Positions 1 to 15,960 of a stretch of DNA of 64,000 nt are shown one piece after another. Location: contig JACRKZ010000067.1 in NCBI GenBank assembly GCA_016235455.1, positions 32,001 to 96,000 of the forward strand, in the 5' to 3' direction. Source of the stretch: Armatimonadota bacterium. GTDB taxonomy: Bacteria > Armatimonadota > UBA10988. Position 1 is the first letter of the stretch, and each line of letters starts with the position of its first letter. The translations under genes and the position numbers were made by a program. The notes beneath the pieces are model-generated. The model was not told the DNA's origin, searched no databases, and was given only the letters and a program-made list of their open reading frames with translations.

Positions 1-2
1 AG

Positions 3-953
3 CAGAAGAAGGCCCAACTCCGTGAACTGCTGACCCGGTACGGGCCCATCGAGTACCTCTGGTTCGACCACGCCGTGGGCGACGGCGGGCTCAGCCACGC
101 CGACACGGTGGCCTTCTGCAAGAGCCTGCAGCCCGGCTGCTTCGTGGGCTTCAACCACGGCGACCAGCAGGGAGCCGATATCCGTCTGGGCGAAATGGGC
201 CGGCCCGGTCCGCTGGCCGACCAGTCAGCCGCCGGGCCGTACGCCGCCAAGGCCGCCAACAGCTACCGGCTGGCCGAGTTCACCTACCCCATCCTGCCCA
301 CGCATGAGGGCGGGGCCATGTGGTTCTACTCGCTGCCGCGCCACGACAACCTGTGCCGTGACGCCGCCAGCCTGTATGAGGACTACCTGGGCGCGGTGCG
401 TTACGGCAATGTGTTTGCGCTCGACGTGGGCCCGGACTACGCCGGCCGGCTGCGCGACATCGACGTGCGTACACTGCGCACCGTCGGCCGCATGATCCGC
501 GCCGGCGCGAGCCGGCCGGCCAAGCCGCAGCCGCTGTCTGTCGGCTGCCCCGCCACGGCGTCCAGCACCTGGAACAGCCCCGGCTACGAGGCGGCGAAAG
601 CCTTCGACGGTAGCGACGCCACCCGCTGGGGCGCCGCGCCGGACGCCCGCGCGGGCTGGCTGGCGGTCGACCTGGGCCAGCCGAGGCTGGTCGCGCGGGT
701 GGTGGTGAAGGAGCTTGGCTTCCACCGCACGCAGCGCTTCGCCATCGAACTCAGCCGCGATGGCTCGATCTGGGAGACGGTCGCCACGGGCGAGACGCTG
801 GCCGGCACGCGGACCTTCGACTTCGAGCCGCGCCTGGTACGGCGGGTCCGTCTGAACGTCCTGGCCGCCAACGAGGTGCCGACGATTGAGTCGGTTGAGG
901 TCTATGGTCCCGAGCGCACGGCACTCGTCGGGCGGCAGCGGACGCTGCGCTAG
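3..953 (+). CDS. Alpha-L-fucosidase (GH29) C-terminal part with F5/8 type C (CBM32) domain; 5'-truncated by the window
   Basis: Frame open from position 3: QLRELLTRYGPIEYLWFD (GH29 nucleophile motif), WFY, GNVFALDVGPD; C-terminal ATASS..AFDG..TRW..WLAVDLG discoidin motif. Confidence 0.85.
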   Translation, partial: QKKAQLRELLTRYGPIEYLWFDHAVGDGGLSHADTVAFCKSLQPGCFVGFNHGDQQGADIRLGEMGRPGPLADQSAAGPYAAKAANSYRLAEFTYPILPTHEGGAMWFYSLPRHDNLCRDAASLYEDYLGAVRYGNVFALDVGPDYAGRLRDIDVRTLRTVGRMIRAGASRPAKPQPLSVGCPATASSTWNSPGYEAAKAFDGSDATRWGAAPDARAGWLAVDLGQPRLVARVVVKELGFHRTQRFAIELSRDGSIWETVATGETLAGTRTFDFEPRLVRRVRLNVLAANEVPTIESVEVYGPERTALVGRQRTLR

Positions 954-958
954 CGGGC

Positions 959-3900
959 TCAGTCGTCGAACTCGATCAGCCCGTCAGGCTCTACCGCGCC
1001 GTCGGGGTCAAGCCACTGGGCGAAGCCGTCGATGGCCTGGCGCTTGGTGAGCCGCTGACCCGCCAGTCGCGATCCGAGGGTCCGCAGCGACCGATGGGCC
1101 ACGACGCGCGTGGTCAGGAAGCCGTTGATCAGGTCGATGACACCGAACGGCGTCGCGGCCAGCAGCATGTCCAGCGCGGGCTCGGGCGCGTCGAGGAGCA
1201 CCTCGGCCTGCCGTCGGCGCGGGTCGTCAGGCGGCATGGCGCGCAGCCCGTCGCGCACGGGCACCGCGTGCCCATCCTGGCGCAGTTCGGCCAACAGCGC
1301 CGCGATGCCACGCTCGGCCTCGGCCTGGAGCGCGCTGACGGGCCGCAGAGCCGGCGACTGCCCCAGCACCAACCCGCACTCGTCGCACACGAGGCGCGTG
1401 CGTAGCGTGGCGGCGAGGTCGGCGCGACGGCATTGCTTGACGCGCTCGGCCCGCAACGACGACGCCACCGCGGCCGCGCTGTCGGGCGCGTCGAGGGCGA
1501 GGCGCGACAGGTTGGCCAGCACACGCATATGCGGCCCGGTGCGGAAGGCATCGTAGGGCGCGAAGCGCTCGGCGCCGTGCTGCTCGGCGTGCCACTGGGC
1601 GTACGCCCGCACATAGCGGCGCCGCCAGTCGCCGCAGTCCGCGGGCAGGTCGGCATTGGCCGAGGCCACGGCCTCGCCGGCTGCAAGGCGTGCGAGGAGT
1701 GCTTCGCGCTCATTGGCCAGCGTCGTGCCAGCCGGCAGCTCGGCGGCGCGGAGCAGGCGCTGGGCCTCGATCAGCGCGTCCAGGTCGCTCTCGGCGAAGC
1801 TGACCAGCCGGCGGAACTCAGGCCAGGCCTGCTCGTCCAGGTCGCCCGCCTCGACCACCAGCCGCGCCAGGCCGTCGCGCGCGCTCAGCGCTGGCTCGAC
1901 GAGGAGGGCCAGCCGCAGGATGCGCTCGGCCAGGTCGAGTGTCTCGCGCCACTGCAACGGCTCATGGCCCAACTCGGCCACCGCACGGTCGACCGCACTA
2001 CGCAGGCCGGCCACGCCGGCCTCGGCTGCCGCGCGCCAGGCTACCAGCCGCTCAAACAGCGTCTGCTGCTGCGCATGGCCCAGTTCCGCGAGTTCGCGGC
2101 CGAACACGGCGCGCACCAGTGGCCGTAGCGCCTGTTGACCGGCTTCGTCGAGCAGCGGCGCGTGGCGCACCATGGCCACGCAGGCGCGTAACGGCGACGC
2201 CAGCGCCACGGGCCGGCGGTCGTCGTCGAGCGCTTCCAGATAGCCGCGACGCACTGCCGCGGCGACGAGCAGATCGGCCTGGTCGGTCACCAGGCCGTAG
2301 GACGACTTGGCCAGCCACCGCTCGACAGCGGTCAGTGTCACCGGCCGATCGGGCAGGTATTCGACCAGAGCGCGCGCCGGGCTGTCCTCGGCCAGATGCA
2401 GGCGGTAGTGGCCCTGCTCCCCTTCGGTCAGGCCCAGCGGCTGAGCGAAGTCCTCCACGTCGGCCGCCTGCTCGCCGCCGGGTGAGTCCACCACCTCGCC
2501 GGGCACAATGAACCGGGCGATGAGGCTGTCGGCCACGGCGCGGGTCAGCAGATGCCGCCGGGGAGCCACCGCGGCGAAGGCTGGGAACAGCCGGTCCAGC
2601 GACCAGCCGGCGAGGCGCTCAAGCGACTCACGCCACGAGCCGCCACCCACGGGCGCTGAGCCCCATCGAGCCAGCACGTAGCCGTCGCCATACAGCCGCG
2701 CCATCAGCGCCGCCAGCCGAGCGCGTCGGGCCTCGGCGTCCTCGTCGAGGCGCGAGCGCAGCGGATGGCCGGCCGTGAGCGTGGGATCCCCGCGCACGAG
2801 TTCCAGCGCCACATCCTCGCTCCAGGCGGTCCACTCGGCCTCGGTGGCCTCGCGCGGCACCCAGGCCAGCAGCGACTGCGTCCAGCGCTCGTCGGGCACG
2901 CGAGCCAGCGCCTGGGCGAAGGGCTCCGTCTGCCGGTCCAAGCGTTGGGGCTCGGCGAGGTAGAGGTAGACAGCCTCGTCGAGTTCGGGCCCAGCCAGCA
3001 GGGCAGCCTGGTTGGTCAGTTCGTCGGCCGACAGCGTGGCCAGGTCGCGCAGCGCCACGAACACCGGCCGCGTGGTGTTGCGCCAGACCACTTCGGCCGC
3101 GTGCGGGTGCAGCGCGGTGGCCAGTGGGAAAGCGGCGTCGACGCAGGACTCCACCGCCACGGCCGTCAGGCGACCGTCACCGGGCAGCAGTGTGGCCTGC
3201 ATGGCTCGTGCGCGGCGACGGATGGTCTCGTTGACATCGCAGTCCAGGTCGATGCGTGGCACATCGTTGAAGCGGCCGGGCCGGCGCTCGACGGTGACAA
3301 ACGAGCCGCGCTGGCGCAAGCGCTCCACCAGCGCGGCGACGCGCTCCTCGCGCGCGCCATCGGCCGGCAGCAGCGCCGCGGCCAGATCCTTGATGCCCCG
3401 CTCCACGCCGGCCAGCGCCAGCACCAGCAGCAGCGCCACCAACCGCTCGGCCAGAGGCCGATCGTCGGGCTCGACAACGGTGGGCAGGTTGCGCTGGTAC
3501 CACTCCCAGACCAGCTCGCGGTAGCGCCGCAGCTCGGCATGTTGCGCGATGTCCTTGGCGAAGTGGGCCCACAGCGCGTCGGGCGTGACCAGCGCCGGCA
3601 ACGGCTGGTCGATGACACCGGGCGCCAGCCCGTCGCCGCGCACGCGGGCCACGGCGAACTCCAGCACGCTGCGCGTCTGCGCCAGGAACCGCTCGGCACA
3701 GGCCTCAAGGCAGGTGAACGTCAGCGGGTGCAATGGGTAGACCTCGGCCAGCCGCGCGGCGCTCAGGTCGGCCAGCCGCGCGCCGCCCGTCCAGGCACGC
3801 AGCGTCGTCTCCACGGCGGCCTGGAACGTCGCTTCGTCGCGCCGCGCCAGCACGCGCCGGGCGAGCACGCCGCGCGTCGCGGCCAGAGTGAGCGCCAGGC

Positions 3901-5308
3901 GCGTCTCGAAGCGATCCTTGATCTGGCGCAGACTGTAGTGCTCGATGTCGCCGATATCCTCGATCTGCTTCTGCAGCGCACACAACGTCCACACCGGCTG
4001 CAACGCACCGCGCTGGCCCAGGAATTGCAGAAACGAGGCATCGGCCTGTAGCGGCGCATGTTGCTTGGCGCCAAGGAACACCGACAGCTCATCCAGCACG
4101 AACAGCACACCCGAGCGTCCGGCCTCGGCCGCCAGTTCCAGCAGGCGACCCAGCCGCTCCACGCGCGACTGGGCGAAGGCAATGGGCAGCTCGGCCTCGG
4201 CCACATAGGCCTGCGCGGCGGCAGCCGCGGCGGCGGGATCCACCGCGGCCAGTGCCGACCAGTCGCCGCCGGCAGCGCGGTCGAGCCCGGGAGCGTGGGT
4301 CGGCAGCAGATGCGCGCGCGTCGTGGCCAGCACGTAGCTGGTCTCGGCCAGCGGCGCGTCGCGGCCGGTCAGGCGGCGTAGCTCATCTTGTGCCGCGCCG
4401 AAGACGACATCCTCCAGCGCCGAGCTGGGCGGATGCTCGTCGAGCGGCACCAGTACCACCAGCCGATCGCCCGCGGCATCGAGCCCGGCGCGGAGATCGC
4501 GCAGGCTGGGCTGGTGCGCGGCCAGCGTGAGGCGGGCTTCGGCGCTGGCTGCCGCCAGGGCGACAGCGCCGAGCAGATGCGACTTGCCCGCTCCGTACAG
4601 GCCGGTGACCATGAACCCGCCACCGGTCGGGCCCGAGAGGCCGGCGACCACGCGCCGTGCCACAGCCAGCGTACCGCCGTCGGCGAGGTGCCACTGGGCC
4701 AGCAACATGGCCTCCAGCGCCTCGTCGCGGCGGGTCAGGCCGGGCGCCACCTGGGCCAACTGCACTACGGTCGGCACGTCGGCCACGGTGATGATGTCGC
4801 CCACCGTCGTGGGCGCGGCGGCCGGGGCGTCGACCGGCGCCGCCGACCGGCGTGCGTTACGAGGTGCCCGGCCGCCGGCACCGAGTTGGCCGACCCACTC
4901 CAGACTGTCGCCATGGGCGCTGCAGCCCGGCCACTCGCCCGGCTCGTCGGCCAGGCCCGCAGCCACCACCCGGTGCTCGATGGCCTCGGCCAGCGGCAGC
5001 CAGTCGGCGTCGTCGGGCAGGACCACGACGCGCGGCGTGTCGCCCAGGAGCATGCCCGAGCGACCCAACAGCGGGTTGACAGCGCGGGCCAGGGCACGCT
5101 GGAGGTCAGCGGCCGCAACCGAGGGCTCGGGACCACCGGCTAGCAGCAGGTCGACCTCGGCCGGCAGCACGGCGAAGGCCAGCACCGGCGCGCTGTGGCG
5201 GTCGGACAGGCGGCGCAACGCGGCGAGTACGGCCTCGATGGCGTCAGCCGTCTCGAACGGCGCCAGGCCCGGCGCGGCGGAGGCGATGATGTGAAGCGCG
5301 CTGGTCAC
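959..5308 (-). CDS. Fusion of an inactivated Y1/RAYT-like transposase domain with a DUF6079 (BREX-3 BrxC-like) P-loop ATPase
   Basis: Probable GTG start at 5308. N-terminal ~130 aa follows the RAYT pattern (AFAVLPAEVDLLL; NPLLGRSGMLL; AGLADEPGEWPGCSA). Then GDIITVADVPTVVQL, Walker A GLYGAGKS (4580-4603), Walker B VLFVLDE (~4090), QIKDRF, YPLHP and a C-terminal C..CxxCG, as in DUF6079 proteins. Confidence 0.8.
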   Translation of the reverse strand: MTSALHIIASAAPGLAPFETADAIEAVLAALRRLSDRHSAPVLAFAVLPAEVDLLLAGGPEPSVAAADLQRALARAVNPLLGRSGMLLGDTPRVVVLPDDADWLPLAEAIEHRVVAAGLADEPGEWPGCSAHGDSLEWVGQLGAGGRAPRNARRSAAPVDAPAAAPTTVGDIITVADVPTVVQLAQVAPGLTRRDEALEAMLLAQWHLADGGTLAVARRVVAGLSGPTGGGFMVTGLYGAGKSHLLGAVALAAASAEARLTLAAHQPSLRDLRAGLDAAGDRLVVLVPLDEHPPSSALEDVVFGAAQDELRRLTGRDAPLAETSYVLATTRAHLLPTHAPGLDRAAGGDWSALAAVDPAAAAAAAQAYVAEAELPIAFAQSRVERLGRLLELAAEAGRSGVLFVLDELSVFLGAKQHAPLQADASFLQFLGQRGALQPVWTLCALQKQIEDIGDIEHYSLRQIKDRFETRLALTLAATRGVLARRVLARRDEATFQAAVETTLRAWTGGARLADLSAARLAEVYPLHPLTFTCLEACAERFLAQTRSVLEFAVARVRGDGLAPGVIDQPLPALVTPDALWAHFAKDIAQHAELRRYRELVWEWYQRNLPTVVEPDDRPLAERLVALLLVLALAGVERGIKDLAAALLPADGAREERVAALVERLRQRGSFVTVERRPGRFNDVPRIDLDCDVNETIRRRARAMQATLLPGDGRLTAVAVESCVDAAFPLATALHPHAAEVVWRNTTRPVFVALRDLATLSADELTNQAALLAGPELDEAVYLYLAEPQRLDRQTEPFAQALARVPDERWTQSLLAWVPREATEAEWTAWSEDVALELVRGDPTLTAGHPLRSRLDEDAEARRARLAALMARLYGDGYVLARWGSAPVGGGSWRESLERLAGWSLDRLFPAFAAVAPRRHLLTRAVADSLIARFIVPGEVVDSPGGEQAADVEDFAQPLGLTEGEQGHYRLHLAEDSPARALVEYLPDRPVTLTAVERWLAKSSYGLVTDQADLLVAAAVRRGYLEALDDDRRPVALASPLRACVAMVRHAPLLDEAGQQALRPLVRAVFGRELAELGHAQQQTLFERLVAWRAAAEAGVAGLRSAVDRAVAELGHEPLQWRETLDLAERILRLALLVEPALSARDGLARLVVEAGDLDEQAWPEFRRLVSFAESDLDALIEAQRLLRAAELPAGTTLANEREALLARLAAGEAVASANADLPADCGDWRRRYVRAYAQWHAEQHGAERFAPYDAFRTGPHMRVLANLSRLALDAPDSAAAVASSLRAERVKQCRRADLAATLRTRLVCDECGLVLGQSPALRPVSALQAEAERGIAALLAELRQDGHAVPVRDGLRAMPPDDPRRRQAEVLLDAPEPALDMLLAATPFGVIDLINGFLTTRVVAHRSLRTLGSRLAGQRLTKRQAIDGFAQWLDPDGAVEPDGLIEFDD

Positions 5309-5369
5309 GTGGCGTTGTTCGCGCCGTCGATGCCGATTCCTTGTGAAATCTTGCGCCAGACCGTGGCCC

Positions 5370-5404
5370 AAACAAATCGGCCCCGGCGCTGAACCGGGGC
5401 CGAT
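5370..5404 (-). terminator. Rho-independent terminator after the DUF1559 gene
   Basis: Stem ATCGGCCCCGG/CCGGGGCCGAT (5376-5404) followed on the minus strand by TTGTTT. Confidence 0.75.
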
Positions 5405-5439
5405 CGCGCTTCACAGGCTTAGGCCGTGAGGCCGAACGC

Positions 5440-6186
5440 CTACCACCAGTTCCAGCCGGGCTGGTCACTGACGTTGAACGTCGTGTAGGGGAACGCGGTC
5501 ACGAAGCCGTTGCGGTCGCCTTGCTTGAGCGGCGGCGAGACCTTGACGTGGCCGTCGGCATAGCAGATGTTCGCGTTCTGGCCCATGTGGCGCGGCAGGT
5601 TCGGGTCCCAGCCCGGACTGCCGTCACTGACCACGCGCTGCCAGCCGCCCGCCAGCGTGTAGTCCGCCTGCAGGCCGTAGCCGGCGGTCGCGTTCAACGG
5701 GCTCTCCCAGTTGCCGGCATTGCCGCCATTGCGGGTCGTCGCTCCGTCGATGAACATGCAGCGCAGCTCCGGCTGATCAACGATGGCCATGGACCGCCAG
5801 CCGAGCCCGTCCGAGTTCCACAGGTAGCTGCACGCGGGCGGATCGGGGTCGCTCGGGCACTTGTAGACCTGGAGGTTGTTCAGGTACGGCGTGATCTGCT
5901 GCTGAGCCGTCCAGCCGCGGGCCAGGTTGCCCTGCGGATCGGTCCAGCCGGCCGGGTACTTCTCGTCGTAGTCCTGCACATACTGCAGGGTCGCCGTGCC
6001 CAGTTGCTTGAGGTTGTTGGCGCAGCTCGACATGCGCGCCTTCTCGCGGGCCTTGGCGAAGACCGGGAACAGGATTGCGGTGAGGATCGCGATGACGACC
6101 AGCAGTTCGATGAGGGTAAACCCTCGGTGGGTACGACAGCGCCTTGACTTGTTCTGCCGCCACTCCCATCGGAGTGCGACCATCAT
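5440..6186 (-). CDS. DUF1559 prepilin-type N-terminal cleavage/methylation protein with H-X9-DG-like C-terminal motif (start uncertain)
   Basis: [66 protein letters not shown]; ATGA overlap with the upstream gene. Confidence 0.85.
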   Translation of the reverse strand: MMVALRWEWRQNKSRRCRTHRGFTLIELLVVIAILTAILFPVFAKAREKARMSSCANNLKQLGTATLQYVQDYDEKYPAGWTDPQGNLARGWTAQQQITPYLNNLQVYKCPSDPDPPACSYLWNSDGLGWRSMAIVDQPELRCMFIDGATTRNGGNAGNWESPLNATAGYGLQADYTLAGGWQRVVSDGSPGWDPNLPRHMGQNANICYADGHVKVSPPLKQGDRNGFVTAFPYTTFNVSDQPGWNWW

Positions 6187-7499
6187 CGAGGATTGGGCAA
6201 GTCAGAACCAATCGAAACGTTACAAGCGCCCACTCCGTGCCCAATGACCTCCAAAACCGCGAATGTCAGGCCGTGGTACGTCACCAGGTCACCGACGCGC
6301 GGCGGACGGTTGAGCAGCATCAGCACCAGGCCACTGACCGTGTCGACGTCCTCGCTCTCGAGCGCCAGGTCGAGGGTCTCGGCCAGGTCTTCGAGCCGCG
6401 CCGTGCCCAGCACAAACAGGCGGCCGCTGGCGTCCTCACGGATTTCGATGGACCCAGGCTTGCCCGCGGCAATCTCGCCGACGATCTCGGCCGACAGGTC
6501 GTCGGTGGTCACCAGCCCAGCGGTGCCGCCGAACTCGTCCATGACCACGGCCATCTGGCAGTGGTCGCGGCGCATGGCCTCCAGCACCGTGTCCAGCGGC
6601 GCCGTGGCCGGCACATACGGCAGCGGCGAGGTGACCTCGCGCCCCAACGGCGCGCCACGCAACAGCAGGCCGAGCATCCGCTTGACCGAGACGACGCCGA
6701 CGATGTGGTCGAGGTCGCCGTCGTAGACCGGATAGCGCGTGAAGGGATGCTCGGCCAGCGCGGCGCGCATCTGGTCGGGCTGGGCGCCGAGTTCGAGGCC
6801 GACCACCTGGGTGCGCGGCACCATCACCTCACCCGCGCTCAGGTCGCCGAAATCGAAGATCTCGCGCAACATGCGGCTGGATGTGCCTTCGAGCAGGCCG
6901 CCGGCCTCGCTCTCCGCGACGACGTACTCGATCTCCTCGGCGCTGTGGAAGTGGGCGCCCGACTCCTCGTCGCGTCGGATGCCGATGGCGCGCAGCACCA
7001 GCCCGCCCAGCGCGTGCAGACCGACGACAAGCGGCGCGGTCAGCCAGAAGCAGACGGTCATGAACGGCAGGATGCGCAGCAGCGCGCGCTCGCCCGAGGC
7101 CAGGGCCAGTGATTTGGGCACCATCTCGCCGAGCACGATGTGGAAGAAGGTCAGCGCGGCGACCGACACGATGCTGGCCAGGGCATGGGCGGCAATGACA
7201 CGCTCCACGGCGGGCAGCGCCAGGTGCAGCGCCAGCCAGCCGGCCAGCCCGTGCTCGCCAACCATGCCCAGCCCGAGGCTGGCCAGGGTGATGCCGAGTT
7301 GCGCGGTAGCGATGTAACGGTCCTGGAGCTTGGGAGTGTGCAGCAGCAGGCGCGCCGCGAGCGCCACGCGATGGCCGTCCTGGGCCAGCCGCTCGATGGC
7401 CGCGCGCGGCGCGCCGACCACGGCGAACTCGGCCAGCACAAAGGCGCCGTTGAGCGCCAGCAGCGCGATGACCACGATGACCGAGGCCAGGCTACCCAT
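6183..7499 (-). CDS. Hemolysin/CNNM family protein (DUF21-CBS-CorC_HlyC)
   Basis: [58 protein letters not shown]. Confidence 0.92.
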   Translation of the reverse strand: MGSLASVIVVIALLALNGAFVLAEFAVVGAPRAAIERLAQDGHRVALAARLLLHTPKLQDRYIATAQLGITLASLGLGMVGEHGLAGWLALHLALPAVERVIAAHALASIVSVAALTFFHIVLGEMVPKSLALASGERALLRILPFMTVCFWLTAPLVVGLHALGGLVLRAIGIRRDEESGAHFHSAEEIEYVVAESEAGGLLEGTSSRMLREIFDFGDLSAGEVMVPRTQVVGLELGAQPDQMRAALAEHPFTRYPVYDGDLDHIVGVVSVKRMLGLLLRGAPLGREVTSPLPYVPATAPLDTVLEAMRRDHCQMAVVMDEFGGTAGLVTTDDLSAEIVGEIAAGKPGSIEIREDASGRLFVLGTARLEDLAETLDLALESEDVDTVSGLVLMLLNRPPRVGDLVTYHGLTFAVLEVIGHGVGACNVSIGSDLPNPR

Positions 7500-8793
7500 C
7501 GCCGGCCTCCTCGCTGTCGGGCACGGGCAGCGCCAGCACCGCCATCACCGCCTGGCGGGCAACACGTTCGACGCGGACCCGCACGCCGTCGATGACCACC
7601 TCGGCGCCCGGCGCGGGCAGGCGGCCGAGCTCCTCGGTAACTCGCCCGCCGACGGTCTCAGCCTCGCCCGACCACAGCACGCCGAGCCACACCTCGGCCT
7701 CGTCGAGCCGCATGAGGCCGGGCAGGCGCACCCGGCCATCGGCCAGGCGCTCGGGCTCCGGCTGGCCACCGAGCGAGGCGTCGGGGATCTCGTCGAGGAT
7801 CTCGGTGAGGATGTCCTGCACCGAGACCATGCCGGCCACGCCGCCGTATTCGTCGACTACCAGGGCCACTTCGGTGCGGTGCTCGCGCAACAGCATCAAC
7901 AGCCGGTCGGCCGAAACATGCTCCGAGACCGCCGGCACGTCGCGCAGCAGTTGCTCGGGGTTGGTCAGCGTGCCGTGCTCGGCCACGTGCAGCACGACGT
8001 CGCGGCTATGCAGCAGGCCCAACACGTTGTCGGGCGTCTCGCGATAGGCGGGCAGGCGCGTGTGGGTCGAGCGCAGCAGGTGTTCGAGCACCTGCTCGTC
8101 GCCCAGGTCGAGGTTGACCATGTCCAGATAGAGCCGCGGCACCATGATCTGTCGCGCGGTGAGGTGTGCGAGCTGCAGCACGCGGTGCAGCCGCTCCTGC
8201 TCATCGGGCTCGAGCAGACCGCCATCGCGGCTCTCCACGAGCAGCAGGTCGATCTCCTCGGGCGAATGCACGTGGCGGTGGCCCGTCGACTGGAAGCCCA
8301 GCACTCGCAAGATGGCCTCGGCGGTGCCGTTGAGCACCCCGATGAGCGGGCGGAAGAGCGCCTGGCTGACCTGCATGGGCCGCGCGGTGAGCAGCGCCAC
8401 CCGCAGCGGCGCGTGGAGCGCGGCGGACTTGGGCACCAGCTCCCCGAGCACCATCAGCAGCACGGACAGCAGGAGCAGCACGATGGCGTTGGCCGCCGCC
8501 GGGCTGACCCAGGCCTTCAGCGCCTCCTCGACATACGGCGTGACCCGCGCCGCGGTGAAGGCACCGAGGATCAGGTTGGTCAGCGTGATGCCGATCTGCG
8601 AGGCAGAGATGTAGCGGTCTAGCCGGCGCGGGTCGTCGAGCAGGTCGAGCAGACGCGCCGCGAGGACGTGGCCCTCGTCGGCAAGCGCGCGCAACTGGCT
8701 GCGGCGCACGCCCACCGCCGACAACTCAGCAGCGACATAGAGCGCCGACAACCCCACCAGTAGCGCGATGACCAGCCAGGTTCCCGAAGTCAT
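7492..8793 (-). CDS. Hemolysin/CNNM family protein, tandem paralog
   Basis: ATG 8793; ALYVAAELS, SQIGITL, VLGELVPKS, IMVPR, VVDEYGGVAGMVS, ETVGG. Confidence 0.92.
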   Translation of the reverse strand: MTSGTWLVIALLVGLSALYVAAELSAVGVRRSQLRALADEGHVLAARLLDLLDDPRRLDRYISASQIGITLTNLILGAFTAARVTPYVEEALKAWVSPAAANAIVLLLLSVLLMVLGELVPKSAALHAPLRVALLTARPMQVSQALFRPLIGVLNGTAEAILRVLGFQSTGHRHVHSPEEIDLLLVESRDGGLLEPDEQERLHRVLQLAHLTARQIMVPRLYLDMVNLDLGDEQVLEHLLRSTHTRLPAYRETPDNVLGLLHSRDVVLHVAEHGTLTNPEQLLRDVPAVSEHVSADRLLMLLREHRTEVALVVDEYGGVAGMVSVQDILTEILDEIPDASLGGQPEPERLADGRVRLPGLMRLDEAEVWLGVLWSGEAETVGGRVTEELGRLPAPGAEVVIDGVRVRVERVARQAVMAVLALPVPDSEEAGDG

Positions 8794-8836
8794 GGCAACC
8801 CTATGATAGCCGACGCCGGCCCTCGTCGGTCGCAAA

Positions 8837-15133
<6,297 letters not shown>

Positions 15134-15159
15134 CGATACGATCTGGGGAGGAGAGTCCA

Positions 15160-15960
15160 ATGCGCTGGGTGCTGTGGATCATGGCGGCGGTGCTGGGCTG
15201 CTCGTCGCTGGCCTGGGCGTCGGACGGCGTCACGGGCCTGGTCGTCGACGCCTCCCACCTGCCGCTCAAGCGAGCGCGGTTTCCGCGCGTCTTCGATGAG
15301 GCGGGCGAGCTGCTCTACCCGCCCCCCAAGCTCTGCGAAGACCCGAACTACCAGGGCTTCGAGGGCTACCAGCCGACGCTGACCGAGGCCCGCGCCGACA
15401 AGACCCGTGTCGGCGCCAAGCCGCTGATCGTCAAGGCGCTCAAGGTCAAGGACAAGGACCCGTTGGAGGGCTCGGTGGTCATCTCCGCGGCCGATGCCGA
15501 GCAGGTCCGCGCCCTCAACGCCAAAGCCACCGCACTGCTGGACAAGGACAAGATCGCGATCGTCATCGGCCTGGCAGTGGTTCAGACCAAGCCGGCCGCC
15601 GACAGCAAGGATGTGGCCGAGGACGCGATCGTGGAAGTGGTCTTCTCCAAGCCGCTGAGCGACGACAGCGCGCGCTCCGCCGCATTGGTAACGGTGAAGA
15701 CGGCCGAAGGCGCCGCCGTGGCAGGTTCGACTCTTTACGCTGTCAGCACCAAAACTGCCACTTTCAGGCCCTCTAGTTCGTGGGCCAAAGGAACGACATA
15801 CACAGTAGTGGTGGACAAGAACGCTGAGGCCGAAGGGCTGGGTCGCCTGGATGGCGGCTACCAGTTCAGTTTCACCACGGTGGTGGCGCCGAAGGAAGCC
15901 GGGGGCGCCGCGACCGCCGACGGCGGCGACGGCAAGAAGCAGAAGGACGAAAAGAAGTGA
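15160..15960 (+). CDS. Secreted protein with LPP20-associated domain and Big_5 (SbsA-type Ig-like) domain
   Basis: RBS GGAGGAG, signal peptide, TGLVVDA..PRVFDE.G..RVGAKPLIVKA..VVIS.ADA; VVQTKPA..VVFSKPL..ATFRPS..TTYTVVV..YQFSFTT. Confidence 0.7.
   Translation: MRWVLWIMAAVLGCSSLAWASDGVTGLVVDASHLPLKRARFPRVFDEAGELLYPPPKLCEDPNYQGFEGYQPTLTEARADKTRVGAKPLIVKALKVKDKDPLEGSVVISAADAEQVRALNAKATALLDKDKIAIVIGLAVVQTKPAADSKDVAEDAIVEVVFSKPLSDDSARSAALVTVKTAEGAAVAGSTLYAVSTKTATFRPSSSWAKGTTYTVVVDKNAEAEGLGRLDGGYQFSFTTVVAPKEAGGAATADGGDGKKQKDEKK

Noticed and set aside
4900-5308. Active IS200/IS605 or RAYT element
   Set aside because: The HUH and Tyr residues are missing, the domain is fused in frame, and there is no tnpB or flanking REP array
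6183-8793. Tandem CNNM/hemolysin pair as a novelty
   Set aside because: Paired CNNM genes are a common arrangement in many bacteria
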